Source: a virus | Taxonomy: Duplodnaviria; Caudoviricetes | IMG/VR virus record: IMGVR_UViG_2974556156_000001 | Span: 21,139 to 85,138 of that record | Reading direction: 5' to 3' (one strand) | Length of the DNA stretch: 64,000 bases | Program-made: the position numbers and the translations under genes | In this document: positions 56,670-63,851 of the stretch, one piece after another | Numbering within the stretch: position 1 is the first letter of the stretch | How the letters are laid out: the number at the start of each line of letters is the position of its first letter | Notes under the pieces: generated by a model | Databases searched by the model: none | Told to the model about the DNA's origin: nothing | Seen by the model: only the letters and a program-made list of their open reading frames with translations

Positions 56670-57013
56670 TGTCCGGCCAGCCGTCTGGCGCAGTCCAGGA
56701 ACTTCCGCTCCAAATCATCGTTGTGCGGCTGGCGAGACCAGCTGTCGTGCCGGCGTTGAAGCTCTTGCAGACCCTGACTGTTGTCGGTCAACACATCGCC
56801 TCGTTTGATCAACGTGTAGATGTTGCTGACGGTCAGACTGTCGAGCCACTTGGCGGTCTTGTCGTCGATCGCCGCACCGATGGCGCACGGGTGGCCGCTG
56901 GAGTCACGGTATCGGCAGTGCGGCGTCGGACCTTGGGCCGAGAGGCGCTTTTCGCTGTGGGCTTTGAGCGCGGCCTGGGCGACGTCGCGGACGTTGAGCG
57001 TGAGGGGGGTCAC
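56666..57013 (-). CDS. Paralogue B of tandem pair (C.YRD..GHPCA.GAA family)
   Basis: GTG 57013 overlapping the stop of paralogue A. Confidence 0.75.
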   Translation of the reverse strand: MTPLTLNVRDVAQAALKAHSEKRLSAQGPTPHCRYRDSSGHPCAIGAAIDDKTAKWLDSLTVSNIYTLIKRGDVLTDNSQGLQELQRRHDSWSRQPHNDDLERKFLDCARRLAGQ

Positions 57014-57370
57014 TTGAGGATCTCTTTCACAAAGTCGATGAAGATCTTCTCCTTGGCGTCGATCACGCCCTGTGCGTGCCCATCGCGGCGAGCTTGTGCC
57101 CACTCGTCATGCAGACGCTGCAGCGCGGCCAGCTGATCCGGCTCATCGGTCTTGAGCCGACCCGAAGCGATCAGCCTCGGGATATCCGACAAGACTATCT
57201 TGTCCAGGTCGTGGGCAGTCTCGTTGTCGAGCGCCGCGCCGACGGCGCACGGGTGACCGGTGTGGTCACGATACATGCAGGCCGGGCTCTCGTTTTGGGC
57301 CGAGAGGCGCTTTTCGCTGTGGGCTTTGAGCGCGGCCTGGGCGACGTCGCGGACGTTGAGCGTGAGGGGG
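56933..57370. repeat. Perfect 76-bp direct repeat (56933-57008 and 57295-57370)
   Basis: ttgggccgagaggcgcttttcgctgtgggctttgagcgcggcctgggcgacgtcgcggacgttgagcgtgaggggg occurs twice. Confidence 0.95.
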
Positions 57371-57375
57371 ATCAT
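57010..57375 (-). CDS. Paralogue A of tandem pair
   Basis: MIPLTLNVRDVAQAALKAHSEKRLSAQ...CMYRDHTGHPCAVGAAL...LQRLHD.W. Confidence 0.75.
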   Translation of the reverse strand: MIPLTLNVRDVAQAALKAHSEKRLSAQNESPACMYRDHTGHPCAVGAALDNETAHDLDKIVLSDIPRLIASGRLKTDEPDQLAALQRLHDEWAQARRDGHAQGVIDAKEKIFIDFVKEILK

Positions 57376-57551
57376 AGTCCGTGTCCAAACTTGTGGAGGA
57401 TCACACCTCCGGTTGGCGGGATGAGGATCGCCGAGCGGTCGCGGAACGTATGGATCACGCCCTTGGCCGTTCGGCTGGTCCTGGTGATGGATGCGCGGTC
57501 GGCGGGCGTCAGCTCGCCGTTGCGATCCTGGATGCGGGTGGCGATGCTCAT
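57372..57551 (-). CDS. Hypothetical 59-aa protein
   Basis: ATGA couplings on both sides. Confidence 0.55.
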   Translation of the reverse strand: MSIATRIQDRNGELTPADRASITRTSRTAKGVIHTFRDRSAILIPPTGGVILHKFGHGL

Positions 57552-57826
57552 CGGCAGAGCTGGGCTCCTGGGGCCACGAGGCGCGGCTGGCCGTCGGTGA
57601 AAACGATCAGCCGCTTGCTCTCTGGGTCTTGGTAGATCGTCTGGCCGTTCGGGCACGTCGCGATCACCACCGCGCGCCTGTAGGCGTCACGAAGGAAGCT
57701 CTCGTTCCAGTGCTGCAGGTTCTCGGCGGTCGGTGGAGGCTTGTAGATCTCGACGAGAAGGGCGACCCCGAGACAGACGAAGGCGATGATCGATGCTGCG
57801 ATCAGGATCTTAACCTGATCGGACAT
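57548..57826 (-). CDS. Membrane-anchored hypothetical protein (start may be 57847)
   Basis: ILIAASIIAFVCLGVALLV TM. Confidence 0.6.
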   Translation of the reverse strand: MSDQVKILIAASIIAFVCLGVALLVEIYKPPPTAENLQHWNESFLRDAYRRAVVIATCPNGQTIYQDPESKRLIVFTDGQPRLVAPGAQLCR

Positions 57827-57848
57827 CGGGTAGGGGTTGCGGCCCATA

Positions 57849-58289
57849 TCAGTCGAGCCTCGACCCGGCGTAGATCAGCGGCTCTTGGCGCGCGCCGCTG
57901 TTCCGCTCAGGCCAGTAGGATTGGAGGACCTTCGCGAAGGCGGTCGCGCCGGCCTCGATCGCATCGATCGACTGGCCACGGTACTCGCCAGGGTTCCAGA
58001 ACTGCCAGCCGCCCGCGTAGTGGGCGCTGCCGCGACCCGTCGCCTTCATGTGACGGATGAACGGGTGCGTCGCCGGCCGGAAGACGACCCAGGCGAAGCC
58101 GCACGCGCCACCGTCGGGCATGTCCTTGCATGCGGCGATGGCGGCTTCACGGGCCTCGTTGTAGATCGCATCGTAGATGCGCTGACGGGCCAGCGTCGGG
58201 CATGTGTCCCAATGGTTGGGATGGTAGGGTGTGCCGGGCCTGATCTCGACGGCGGCCGGCAGTTTGACGGGTGCGGCGTGCAGGCTCAT
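57849..58289 (-). CDS. Conserved-looking phage hypothetical protein
   Basis: CGFAWVV.RPA...F.R..K..G.G...Y.GGW...NP..Y.GQS.D..EA.A.AFA.VL. Confidence 0.7.
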   Translation of the reverse strand: MSLHAAPVKLPAAVEIRPGTPYHPNHWDTCPTLARQRIYDAIYNEAREAAIAACKDMPDGGACGFAWVVFRPATHPFIRHMKATGRGSAHYAGGWQFWNPGEYRGQSIDAIEAGATAFAKVLQSYWPERNSGARQEPLIYAGSRLD

Positions 58290-58939
58290 TGGAGCGTATC
58301 CGATCCTGAAATGGTGACCGCCTGAGCGTCTTTACCTGGGTAAAAACGCTCCATGTAGTCGGCCTCGCTGGTGAAAATCTGAGCGGCCGGTTGCAGCAGG
58401 ACGTCGCCGTCCCCGTCTCGCGTGACCATGACCAGCAGCGACGCAGTCTCGCGCGTCGGACTTTTGGTGTCGATCACCGACATGACGGCCAGCTCGGCGT
58501 CACAGATCATCTCGAACCGCTCGCGGGCGATGTCGGGCAGCGGGCCGGGTTCGGGCAGCGGCGGGTTGGCGACCTGCTTCATCTTCTCGATGAGGGTCTG
58601 GAGGTGGGCGAAGGTGAGAGGCGCAGAGCTGGCCATGTGCGCCAGACCTGTGCCGACGCCATCGCTAGGCCACACGACCATCTTGCCGGCGCGGAGCGCG
58701 TCGAAGACCTTGGTGAAGTCGGCTTCGAGAACCTTGACGTTCTTCTCGAACTCGTCGTCGGTCCAGTAGTGGCCGGGCATGTTGAGCGTGGCGATACCGA
58801 TGGCGTTGGGCTCACCGCGCGCCTCGGCCGCTTGGCCACCGAAGCCCTTGCGGATCTCATTGTCGCCGAAAACGTAGAGTACGTCCGGGTTGTTGATCAG
58901 GTCTTTGCGGTAGTAGCGATGCTGGTAGATCAGCGGCAT
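58286..58939 (-). CDS. Macrodomain-like protein with C-terminal extension
   Basis: LYVFGDN...GFGGQA..ARGEPNAIGIAT...VVWPSDGVGTGLA. Confidence 0.5.
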   Translation of the reverse strand: MPLIYQHRYYRKDLINNPDVLYVFGDNEIRKGFGGQAAEARGEPNAIGIATLNMPGHYWTDDEFEKNVKVLEADFTKVFDALRAGKMVVWPSDGVGTGLAHMASSAPLTFAHLQTLIEKMKQVANPPLPEPGPLPDIARERFEMICDAELAVMSVIDTKSPTRETASLLVMVTRDGDGDVLLQPAAQIFTSEADYMERFYPGKDAQAVTISGSDTLQ

Positions 58940-58942
58940 GGG

Positions 58943-59206
58943 TCAGTCCTCTTCCTCTTCCTCGGCGGCAAGGCGCTCGAACTCAGCGTTGATGACGCGC
59001 TCCGACATCTTGGTCAGGAAGCGCACGAACTTCGTATGCTCTTGCTCAGGCATCAGCCTGCAGGCTTTGATGGTGGCCCAAGCCTGAGAGATACAGGGAT
59101 TGTTGGCGAGAGTATTGGGGTAGTAGTCTTCAAGAGCGATTTCCAAGCTCTTGTCCTCCCGCCAATACTCGAACATGTGGAAGGGCTCGTCCTCACCCGT
59201 AGACAT
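58943..59206 (-). CDS. Hypothetical protein with acidic tail
   Basis: Start MSTGED at 59206. Confidence 0.5.
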   Translation of the reverse strand: MSTGEDEPFHMFEYWREDKSLEIALEDYYPNTLANNPCISQAWATIKACRLMPEQEHTKFVRFLTKMSERVINAEFERLAAEEEEED

Positions 59207-59420
59207 GAATGACCCCGTCGTACCATTCCAAAGCACGGGCCTCAGGCGGCGGGGTGGTGGGCACCTCGAAGACACGGGCCGCGTCGCTGAGTGTGTCCTG
59301 GTCGAAGACCGGAAGGTAGAGCTGGATCGCTTGTTCGAGCGTCTCAGCCCACACGAAGGCGTCGAGGTTATTGCCATCGACGTCTTCGTTGGTGACCAAG
59401 TACAGCTTCAGCTTCAGCAT
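59193..59420 (-). CDS. Hypothetical acidic protein
   Basis: GGAAGG RBS, MLKLKLYLV. Confidence 0.6.
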   Translation of the reverse strand: MLKLKLYLVTNEDVDGNNLDAFVWAETLEQAIQLYLPVFDQDTLSDAARVFEVPTTPPPEARALEWYDGVIHVYG

Positions 59421-59761
59421 TGGTGGTCCTTCCTGGCCAGGTGCTGGCCGATGTGACCCGCGCAGACGTAGGCGTCGCACTGGGGGCAGATGGCGAAGGC
59501 TCGACGCGCCATGCGGCTTTGGCTTTGGTGCATCGTCCCACACCTGGCGAAGGTCCAGCCCTTGGGCGCGACTTTGACCCGGATCACACCTTGGGACCAA
59601 GGGAGGATCCCTTGCAGGATCTTGTCGTCGGGCCAGTGTTGGCTGGGCTTGACGCCCAGCGCTTGCTTGACCTGCTCGTTGGCGGCCGGCCCGCCCGACA
59701 TGGTCAGCCTGAGTAGCGGGTTGCGGGGCCGGATTACTGGCTTGGGCTTAGGCTCAGGCAC
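59414..59761 (-). CDS. Hypothetical protein with C-terminal zinc-finger-like motif
   Basis: CPQCDAYVCAGHIGQH. Confidence 0.6.
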   Translation of the reverse strand: MPEPKPKPVIRPRNPLLRLTMSGGPAANEQVKQALGVKPSQHWPDDKILQGILPWSQGVIRVKVAPKGWTFARCGTMHQSQSRMARRAFAICPQCDAYVCAGHIGQHLARKDHQC

Positions 59762-60318
59762 TTCGTGGCCTCCTTCACCATTTTGAGCAGGTCATTGAAG
59801 TCTTCACCGTCCGGTGGGCGCGACTTGCTGTCGTCACCACGGATGGTGATGTTTTCGTCGTAGTAGAGCTGAGCGTGGAGCGCGAGACGCGCCAGCGCGG
59901 CGGTGGCGTCATCGACAGGCTCGAAGGGGTAGCAGGGATCGTCCTGGTCGAACGTGTTGTTGACGAACTGGCCCGGCCCGTAAGCGATGGTGACGGTCAC
60001 CATCAGCCCTTGCGTGGATGGTGAGCTGGCCATGTCGATGCTGCCGATCATAGCCAGATCGCCGGCTTTGTAGTGTCGGGTGGGTGGATCTTTCCCATCC
60101 ACGTCACCGAACCCACCGATGGTCATGCGAACCACGTCGCCCGGCTTCAGGTCGTAGGGGTTCAGCGTGTTGGCGTAGGTGAGCTTGGGCTCGTGCAGAG
60201 CGTCGGCGTCTTCGGCCATGCTGCGCAGCATGGATCGTGCGTCGATCCGCTGCTGGTCAGAGCCCGTGGTCAGATCCAGCAGGAGGGTGTCGAGCGACTG
60301 GCGATAGTTAGCGGGCAC
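59734..60318 (-). CDS. Hypothetical protein
   Basis: GTG 60318 after AAGGA; SH3-like central segment (LKPGDVVRM). Confidence 0.6.
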   Translation of the reverse strand: MPANYRQSLDTLLLDLTTGSDQQRIDARSMLRSMAEDADALHEPKLTYANTLNPYDLKPGDVVRMTIGGFGDVDGKDPPTRHYKAGDLAMIGSIDMASSPSTQGLMVTVTIAYGPGQFVNNTFDQDDPCYPFEPVDDATAALARLALHAQLYYDENITIRGDDSKSRPPDGEDFNDLLKMVKEATKCLSLSPSQ

Positions 60319-60499
60319 GACGGGATTTCCTTTTGCTGGCGCGCAGGCGCTCTTCCAGATCACGGATCTTGCTGCGGTGGTGCATGACATGCACAGCCAT
60401 ACCGCTGCGGGGATTGGCGAACTCGGCCGTGATGCACGTCTGGTGGTGCAGGATCCGGCGAGCGAGCCAGCTTTGGTAGAGGATGCGGATGATCGTCAT
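60308..60499 (-). CDS. Hypothetical basic protein
   Basis: GAGGTG RBS, MTIIRILY. Confidence 0.55.
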   Translation of the reverse strand: MTIIRILYQSWLARRILHHQTCITAEFANPRSGMAVHVMHHRSKIRDLEERLRASKRKSRRAR

Positions 60500-60501
60500 G
60501 G

Positions 60502-60765
60502 TTAGATCCACCTCACGAAATCGGCTTGGGGGAAGGCAGCCAGGATTGAATAGACGAGCTTGAGGCGCTCGTTGGGGCGCATGTTGGCCCCACGACTGCC
60601 GGCAGCGCCGACAGGCGCGTCGCGACCGGTCTGGTTGACCATGCCAGCCCACCGCAGGTAGGTCGCGTGGGTTTGGCCGCTCACAGCGGCGATGGTCTTG
60701 AGGTCTTCGGGATGCACGTAGTCACCCGGCTTGGTGTCCTTGACCAGTTGGTTCTTGTGGATCAT
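60502..60765 (-). CDS. Hypothetical protein
   Basis: GAGG RBS, MIHKNQ. Confidence 0.6.
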   Translation of the reverse strand: MIHKNQLVKDTKPGDYVHPEDLKTIAAVSGQTHATYLRWAGMVNQTGRDAPVGAAGSRGANMRPNERLKLVYSILAAFPQADFVRWI

Positions 60766-61331
60766 CGCTTGGTCCTCGTAACCTTGCAGGCCTGAGAGGG
60801 ATCGGCGGTGCTGACCGACTGTTCGGCCAGAGCGACCCAGCGATCGACCAGGGTTTTGGACTTGGAGCGCACGGTGATCGTGCGTGTGGGGTTCTCGCAG
60901 CGCATCTGAGCGACGTAGGTCGGGTGAGATTGCGCGTAGGCGATGGCCACATAGCTGGCGGCTAGGACCAAGCAGAGGATCAGGCTGACCGCTATGGTGT
61001 GAGCGGTCGACTTGTGGGCGATGTTGATGGACGTCGGCGTCGGCGTCGGGGTGGTGGGGATCGAGAGCTTCGACAGGTAGACCTGGTAGCTCATCGTATC
61101 GTGCCACTTCTGCGGCCACTGCACGTCGTTGACGAACTGGTGCTCGTAGTAGAGCGCACTGAACTCGTAGCCGTGCTCGTTGAGATGTACGGCGAGCGGC
61201 TCGTAAGTTCCCTGGCCGACTTGGGCGGGCAGGCTGATCTCGCCGGGCAGGAGCGTTGCGACGGCGCTGTCCGCTTTGGGTCGGTACCAAATGTTCCGGT
61301 AGCGGATGGTGAGGAGAGGTTTATCGGTCAT
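60762..61331 (-). CDS. Membrane protein (one TM)
   Basis: AGGAG RBS; TIAVSLILCLVLAASYVAIAYA. Confidence 0.65.
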   Translation of the reverse strand: MTDKPLLTIRYRNIWYRPKADSAVATLLPGEISLPAQVGQGTYEPLAVHLNEHGYEFSALYYEHQFVNDVQWPQKWHDTMSYQVYLSKLSIPTTPTPTPTSINIAHKSTAHTIAVSLILCLVLAASYVAIAYAQSHPTYVAQMRCENPTRTITVRSKSKTLVDRWVALAEQSVSTADPSQACKVTRTKR

Positions 61332-61347
61332 GCGCGGCGCTCCTTGG

Positions 61348-61362
61348 TTTACCTGAGGTAAA
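61348..61362. promoter_or_regulatory. TTTACC-N3-GGTAAA box 3 (inverted, upstream of a separate SD)
   Basis: TTTACCTGAGGTAAA on +; - strand reads TTTACCTCAGGTAAA-CCAAGGAG...ATG 61331. Confidence 0.8.
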
Positions 61363-61368
61363 ATATGT

Positions 61369-61393
61369 GGCTGGCGGCTGGCGGCTGGCGGCT
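61369..61393. repeat. 7-bp tandem repeat (GGCTGGC x about 3.5)
   Basis: ggctggc ggctggc ggctggc ggct. Confidence 0.85.
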
Positions 61394-61397
61394 AGGT

Positions 61398-61563
61398 GAC
61401 GCCCGGCTGGGGGGAAATTAGCCGGGCGTCGTTTGCACAAAGTCATGGGTTCAAGATGACGGAGCTAGGCGCTCCGTCGGTCGGGCGTTCACATAATGGC
61501 CTCCCTGGTTGTGCTGTCGGTCCCGTCAACATGATGCAGAGGCACGCACCCTTGGCGTGCCTC
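61398..61563. other. Non-coding leader with three perfect hairpins
   Basis: 61398-61430 (11 bp), 61458-61478 (8 bp), 61539-61563 (9 bp). Confidence 0.6.
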
Positions 61564-61597
61564 GGGATCGCGGGATTTGGACCTAAGCTGGGGTAGA

Positions 61598-62212
61598 CTA
61601 GAGACCCTGCTCCCGGATCACGTCCAGGGCTCTAGCGAAAGTCTGCTCGTCGTAAGCCTGGTGGAACCTGGCGACGAGCTGTGTCGGTGTGAGACTGCGA
61701 CCGCCTTCGATCATCAGGATCGTATCGATCGCGTCATTCAAATCGTCTGGCTCACCCTGAACGATGAACTCGAACGGGATTGGCGGCGGCGCTTGGCCTG
61801 TTGTGCTCCACACGATGTGCAGACGATGGTGATGAGGGTTGCAGCACCCACTCGTGGGGCAGATGCGACGGACGTGATGCGTCGGATCGATTTCGTGGTG
61901 CTCGCGATTGATCCCGAGATGCTCAAGCGGCACGCCGCCTAACACCCCCAAAAGGTCACCTTCTCCAGCTCGCTGTAGACGCGCGCGCTGGATACGTTCG
62001 CTGTAGAGTAGAGTGAAGACGATCCGGGCGGTAGCGTGGGGTCGGCCTGCTTCGAAAACATGGCTCGGGCCTGCCCAGCATTCGCTTGCTGGCTCGGGAT
62101 AGCTCGCGGCTCGCAGCTCGCTGCTCAGGTCACGACCTAGCAGTCTGGTAAGCCTTTGAATTATTGGTTGTTTTTTGCGCCCACGTTTTGGGCGCTCCTC
62201 GGCCTCACACAT
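61598..62212 (-). CDS. Degenerate HNH (His-Cys box-like) protein with helical C-terminal domain
   Basis: ECW...G...TARIVF...HVRRIC...GCCNPHH; ATG 62212 after GGGAG. Confidence 0.55.
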   Translation of the reverse strand: MCEAEERPKRGRKKQPIIQRLTRLLGRDLSSELRAASYPEPASECWAGPSHVFEAGRPHATARIVFTLLYSERIQRARLQRAGEGDLLGVLGGVPLEHLGINREHHEIDPTHHVRRICPTSGCCNPHHHRLHIVWSTTGQAPPPIPFEFIVQGEPDDLNDAIDTILMIEGGRSLTPTQLVARFHQAYDEQTFARALDVIREQGL

Positions 62213-62261
62213 TTTGGCTCCCCGGTGGTCTAATTCCATATACGAATTGACCGTCCAACTC

Positions 62262-62341
62262 AAAATACTATATTTTTTATAAATATATATACTTTGAAAT
62301 GGAAAAATAAATAGATATAGACACCCCCCCCGTATATGGAA
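62262..62341. other. Very AT-rich island with poly-C tract
   Basis: aaaatactatattttttataaatatatatactttgaaatggaaaaataaatagatatagacaccccccccgtatatgga in an otherwise GC-rich genome. Confidence 0.8.
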
Positions 62342-62347
62342 TTGCCC

Positions 62348-62740
62348 TTAGGCTCCGATTTCGGCAGACCCAGGACCCGACCGGCCGAGAAGCGCGGCTC
62401 GCACATGAGCCCGTAGAGCCTCGTTTGGCTCTCGGACGTCCCGACCTACCAGCGGCTCCTGTTTCGCCCGTCGTAGGCCCATCCAGGCGCGATTATAGCC
62501 AGCACGCTGGCAGAGGCGGTCCACCTCACGCCACGCGAGGGCCTCATTCGGCGCTCTGAACTTCCAAAACACGCGATGCACGGCCCGCGCGTCGAAGGCT
62601 TCGAACTCAATGCCGGCGCTGTGGTCGGGCAGAGCGGTCGCGTGACGCGGCATCGGACGCGGCTGGATCTTCGGGAGCGGCTTAAGCCACACCACGGCAT
62701 GCGGGTCGAAGACCATATCCTTGTAGCCGAGCTGGCTCAT
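62348..62740 (-). CDS. Hypothetical protein
   Basis: ATG 62740 after GGAG, overlapping the upstream stop. Confidence 0.55.
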   Translation of the reverse strand: MSQLGYKDMVFDPHAVVWLKPLPKIQPRPMPRHATALPDHSAGIEFEAFDARAVHRVFWKFRAPNEALAWREVDRLCQRAGYNRAWMGLRRAKQEPLVGRDVREPNEALRAHVRAALLGRSGPGSAEIGA

Positions 62741-62967
62741 GCGAAACTCCACCACACGAACAACGCGCCAAACACGATCACGATCGCTGCGCCGCTGTTG
62801 ATTTGCTCCAGAGCCCGCTTGAGGCCGCGCCGCTCACGAATTGAGCGGTACGAATGGGGGCGCAGTTTGGGCTGGATTGTGGCGTGTGCCAAGCCCAAAA
62901 TCGTCAGGCTCGCCAAAATCGCGAACCCCCCGCCATAACGAAGAGCCAAAATCAACAGGTCGTGCAT
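62737..62967 (-). CDS. Small two-TM membrane protein
   Basis: MHDLLILALRYGGGFAILASLTILGLAHA...AAIVIVFGALFVWWSFA. Confidence 0.65.
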   Translation of the reverse strand: MHDLLILALRYGGGFAILASLTILGLAHATIQPKLRPHSYRSIRERRGLKRALEQINSGAAIVIVFGALFVWWSFA

Positions 62968-62968
62968 T

Positions 62969-62983
62969 TTTACCTCCGGTAAA
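62969..62983. promoter_or_regulatory. TTTACC-N3-GGTAAA box 4 (contains GGAGG SD)
   Basis: TTTACCTCCGGTAAA; - strand TTTACCGGAGGTAAA-A-ATG. Confidence 0.8.
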
Positions 62984-63041
62984 TTCCGCCGCCCGAGGGG
63001 CGCGTAACGACGGCGCGCGTATGTAGGCACGCGCGAATACG

Positions 63042-63066
63042 CCCCGAGGGCGGGGTGCCCTCGGGG
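63042..63066. promoter_or_regulatory. 10-bp stem-loop
   Basis: CCCCGAGGGC-GGGGT-GCCCTCGGGG. Confidence 0.5.
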
Positions 63067-63092
63067 TTGAGTAGTCCTGTAGCGTGGCGGGA

Positions 63093-63764
63093 TTAGGCCG
63101 CTTTGGCGACCTCTTGGGCAGGAGCCAGAGCCTCGCCAATTTCCGCATAGATCGCCGCAAGGGCGAGCCGCGCGGCGTCCGCCTTGCCTTGGTCTTCCCA
63201 CTGGGAAACCGTGATCAGGTTGCGGATTTGGCGCGTAGCCTCGACCTGAAGGTCAAAGACCTCATTGCGCGGTTCGGCCGGTTCCGGTTCCGCCTTGGGT
63301 TGCGGTTCAAGAATGGTGGACGGCGAGGGATTGGCCGCCGTCGCCGCCTTGACGCTTGCGGCTTCAAGCCGCTTTTGCGCGGCGCGCGCCTCTTCCATCT
63401 TGCGGACACAAAACCCGCCGCAGAACGTGGCAATCGCCACGTCAAAAGCGTCCGGGTCCACCGCACCCGGTTCGCCGATAGCGGCGCGAAGTTTGGCAAT
63501 CATACCCGGTTCTTCGAAGGCCTTGCGGCAACGAGTCCGAATGACGTTCGCCGTACCCGCCGTGACGCCGGGCACTTTGTCCGCGAGAAGTTTGGAGGCG
63601 GACGCGGGCGATTGACCGTGATCAGCCGCGAGGATGGCGGCAAAGGCCACCGTCATCGCCTTTTGAACGCCGCCTTGGGCGCGTTCAAGGCCGGTCACTT
63701 GGGTGGCCACCGCGCTAATTGCGCGGCCGGTGTAGTTTTCGAAGATCTTAAGAGCGTTTTCCAT
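63093..63764 (-). CDS. Ala-rich hypothetical early protein
   Basis: 223 aa, GAGG SD inside box 5. Confidence 0.7.
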   Translation of the reverse strand: MENALKIFENYTGRAISAVATQVTGLERAQGGVQKAMTVAFAAILAADHGQSPASASKLLADKVPGVTAGTANVIRTRCRKAFEEPGMIAKLRAAIGEPGAVDPDAFDVAIATFCGGFCVRKMEEARAAQKRLEAASVKAATAANPSPSTILEPQPKAEPEPAEPRNEVFDLQVEATRQIRNLITVSQWEDQGKADAARLALAAIYAEIGEALAPAQEVAKAA

Positions 63765-63766
63765 TT

Positions 63767-63781
63767 TTTACCTCAGGTAAA
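63767..63781. promoter_or_regulatory. TTTACC-N3-GGTAAA box 5
   Basis: TTTACCTCAGGTAAA, 2 nt from ATG 63764. Confidence 0.8.
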
Positions 63782-63837
63782 TTTGAGAGCGGGATTGCTC
63801 TCGGGTGAAGACACAATGGTGGCTTTGGTGCGCGATA

Positions 63838-63851
63838 TTGTCGCGCGACAA
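63838..63851. promoter_or_regulatory. Perfect 14-bp palindrome in the early leader
   Basis: TTGTCGCGCGACAA. Confidence 0.45.

Noticed and set aside
56933-57370. 76-bp repeat as IS ends, att sites or a two-unit CRISPR
   Set aside because: Both copies are the coding 5' ends of paralogous genes; no transposase, integrase or cas gene is present.
61369-61393. GCTGGCGG tandem as Chi sites
   Set aside because: One mismatch from E. coli Chi (GCTGGTGG), which abolishes activity there, and the likely host group uses a different recombination system.
61440-61480. GGGTTCAAG as a tRNA T-loop
   Set aside because: No T-stem pairing, acceptor stem or cloverleaf can be built around it.
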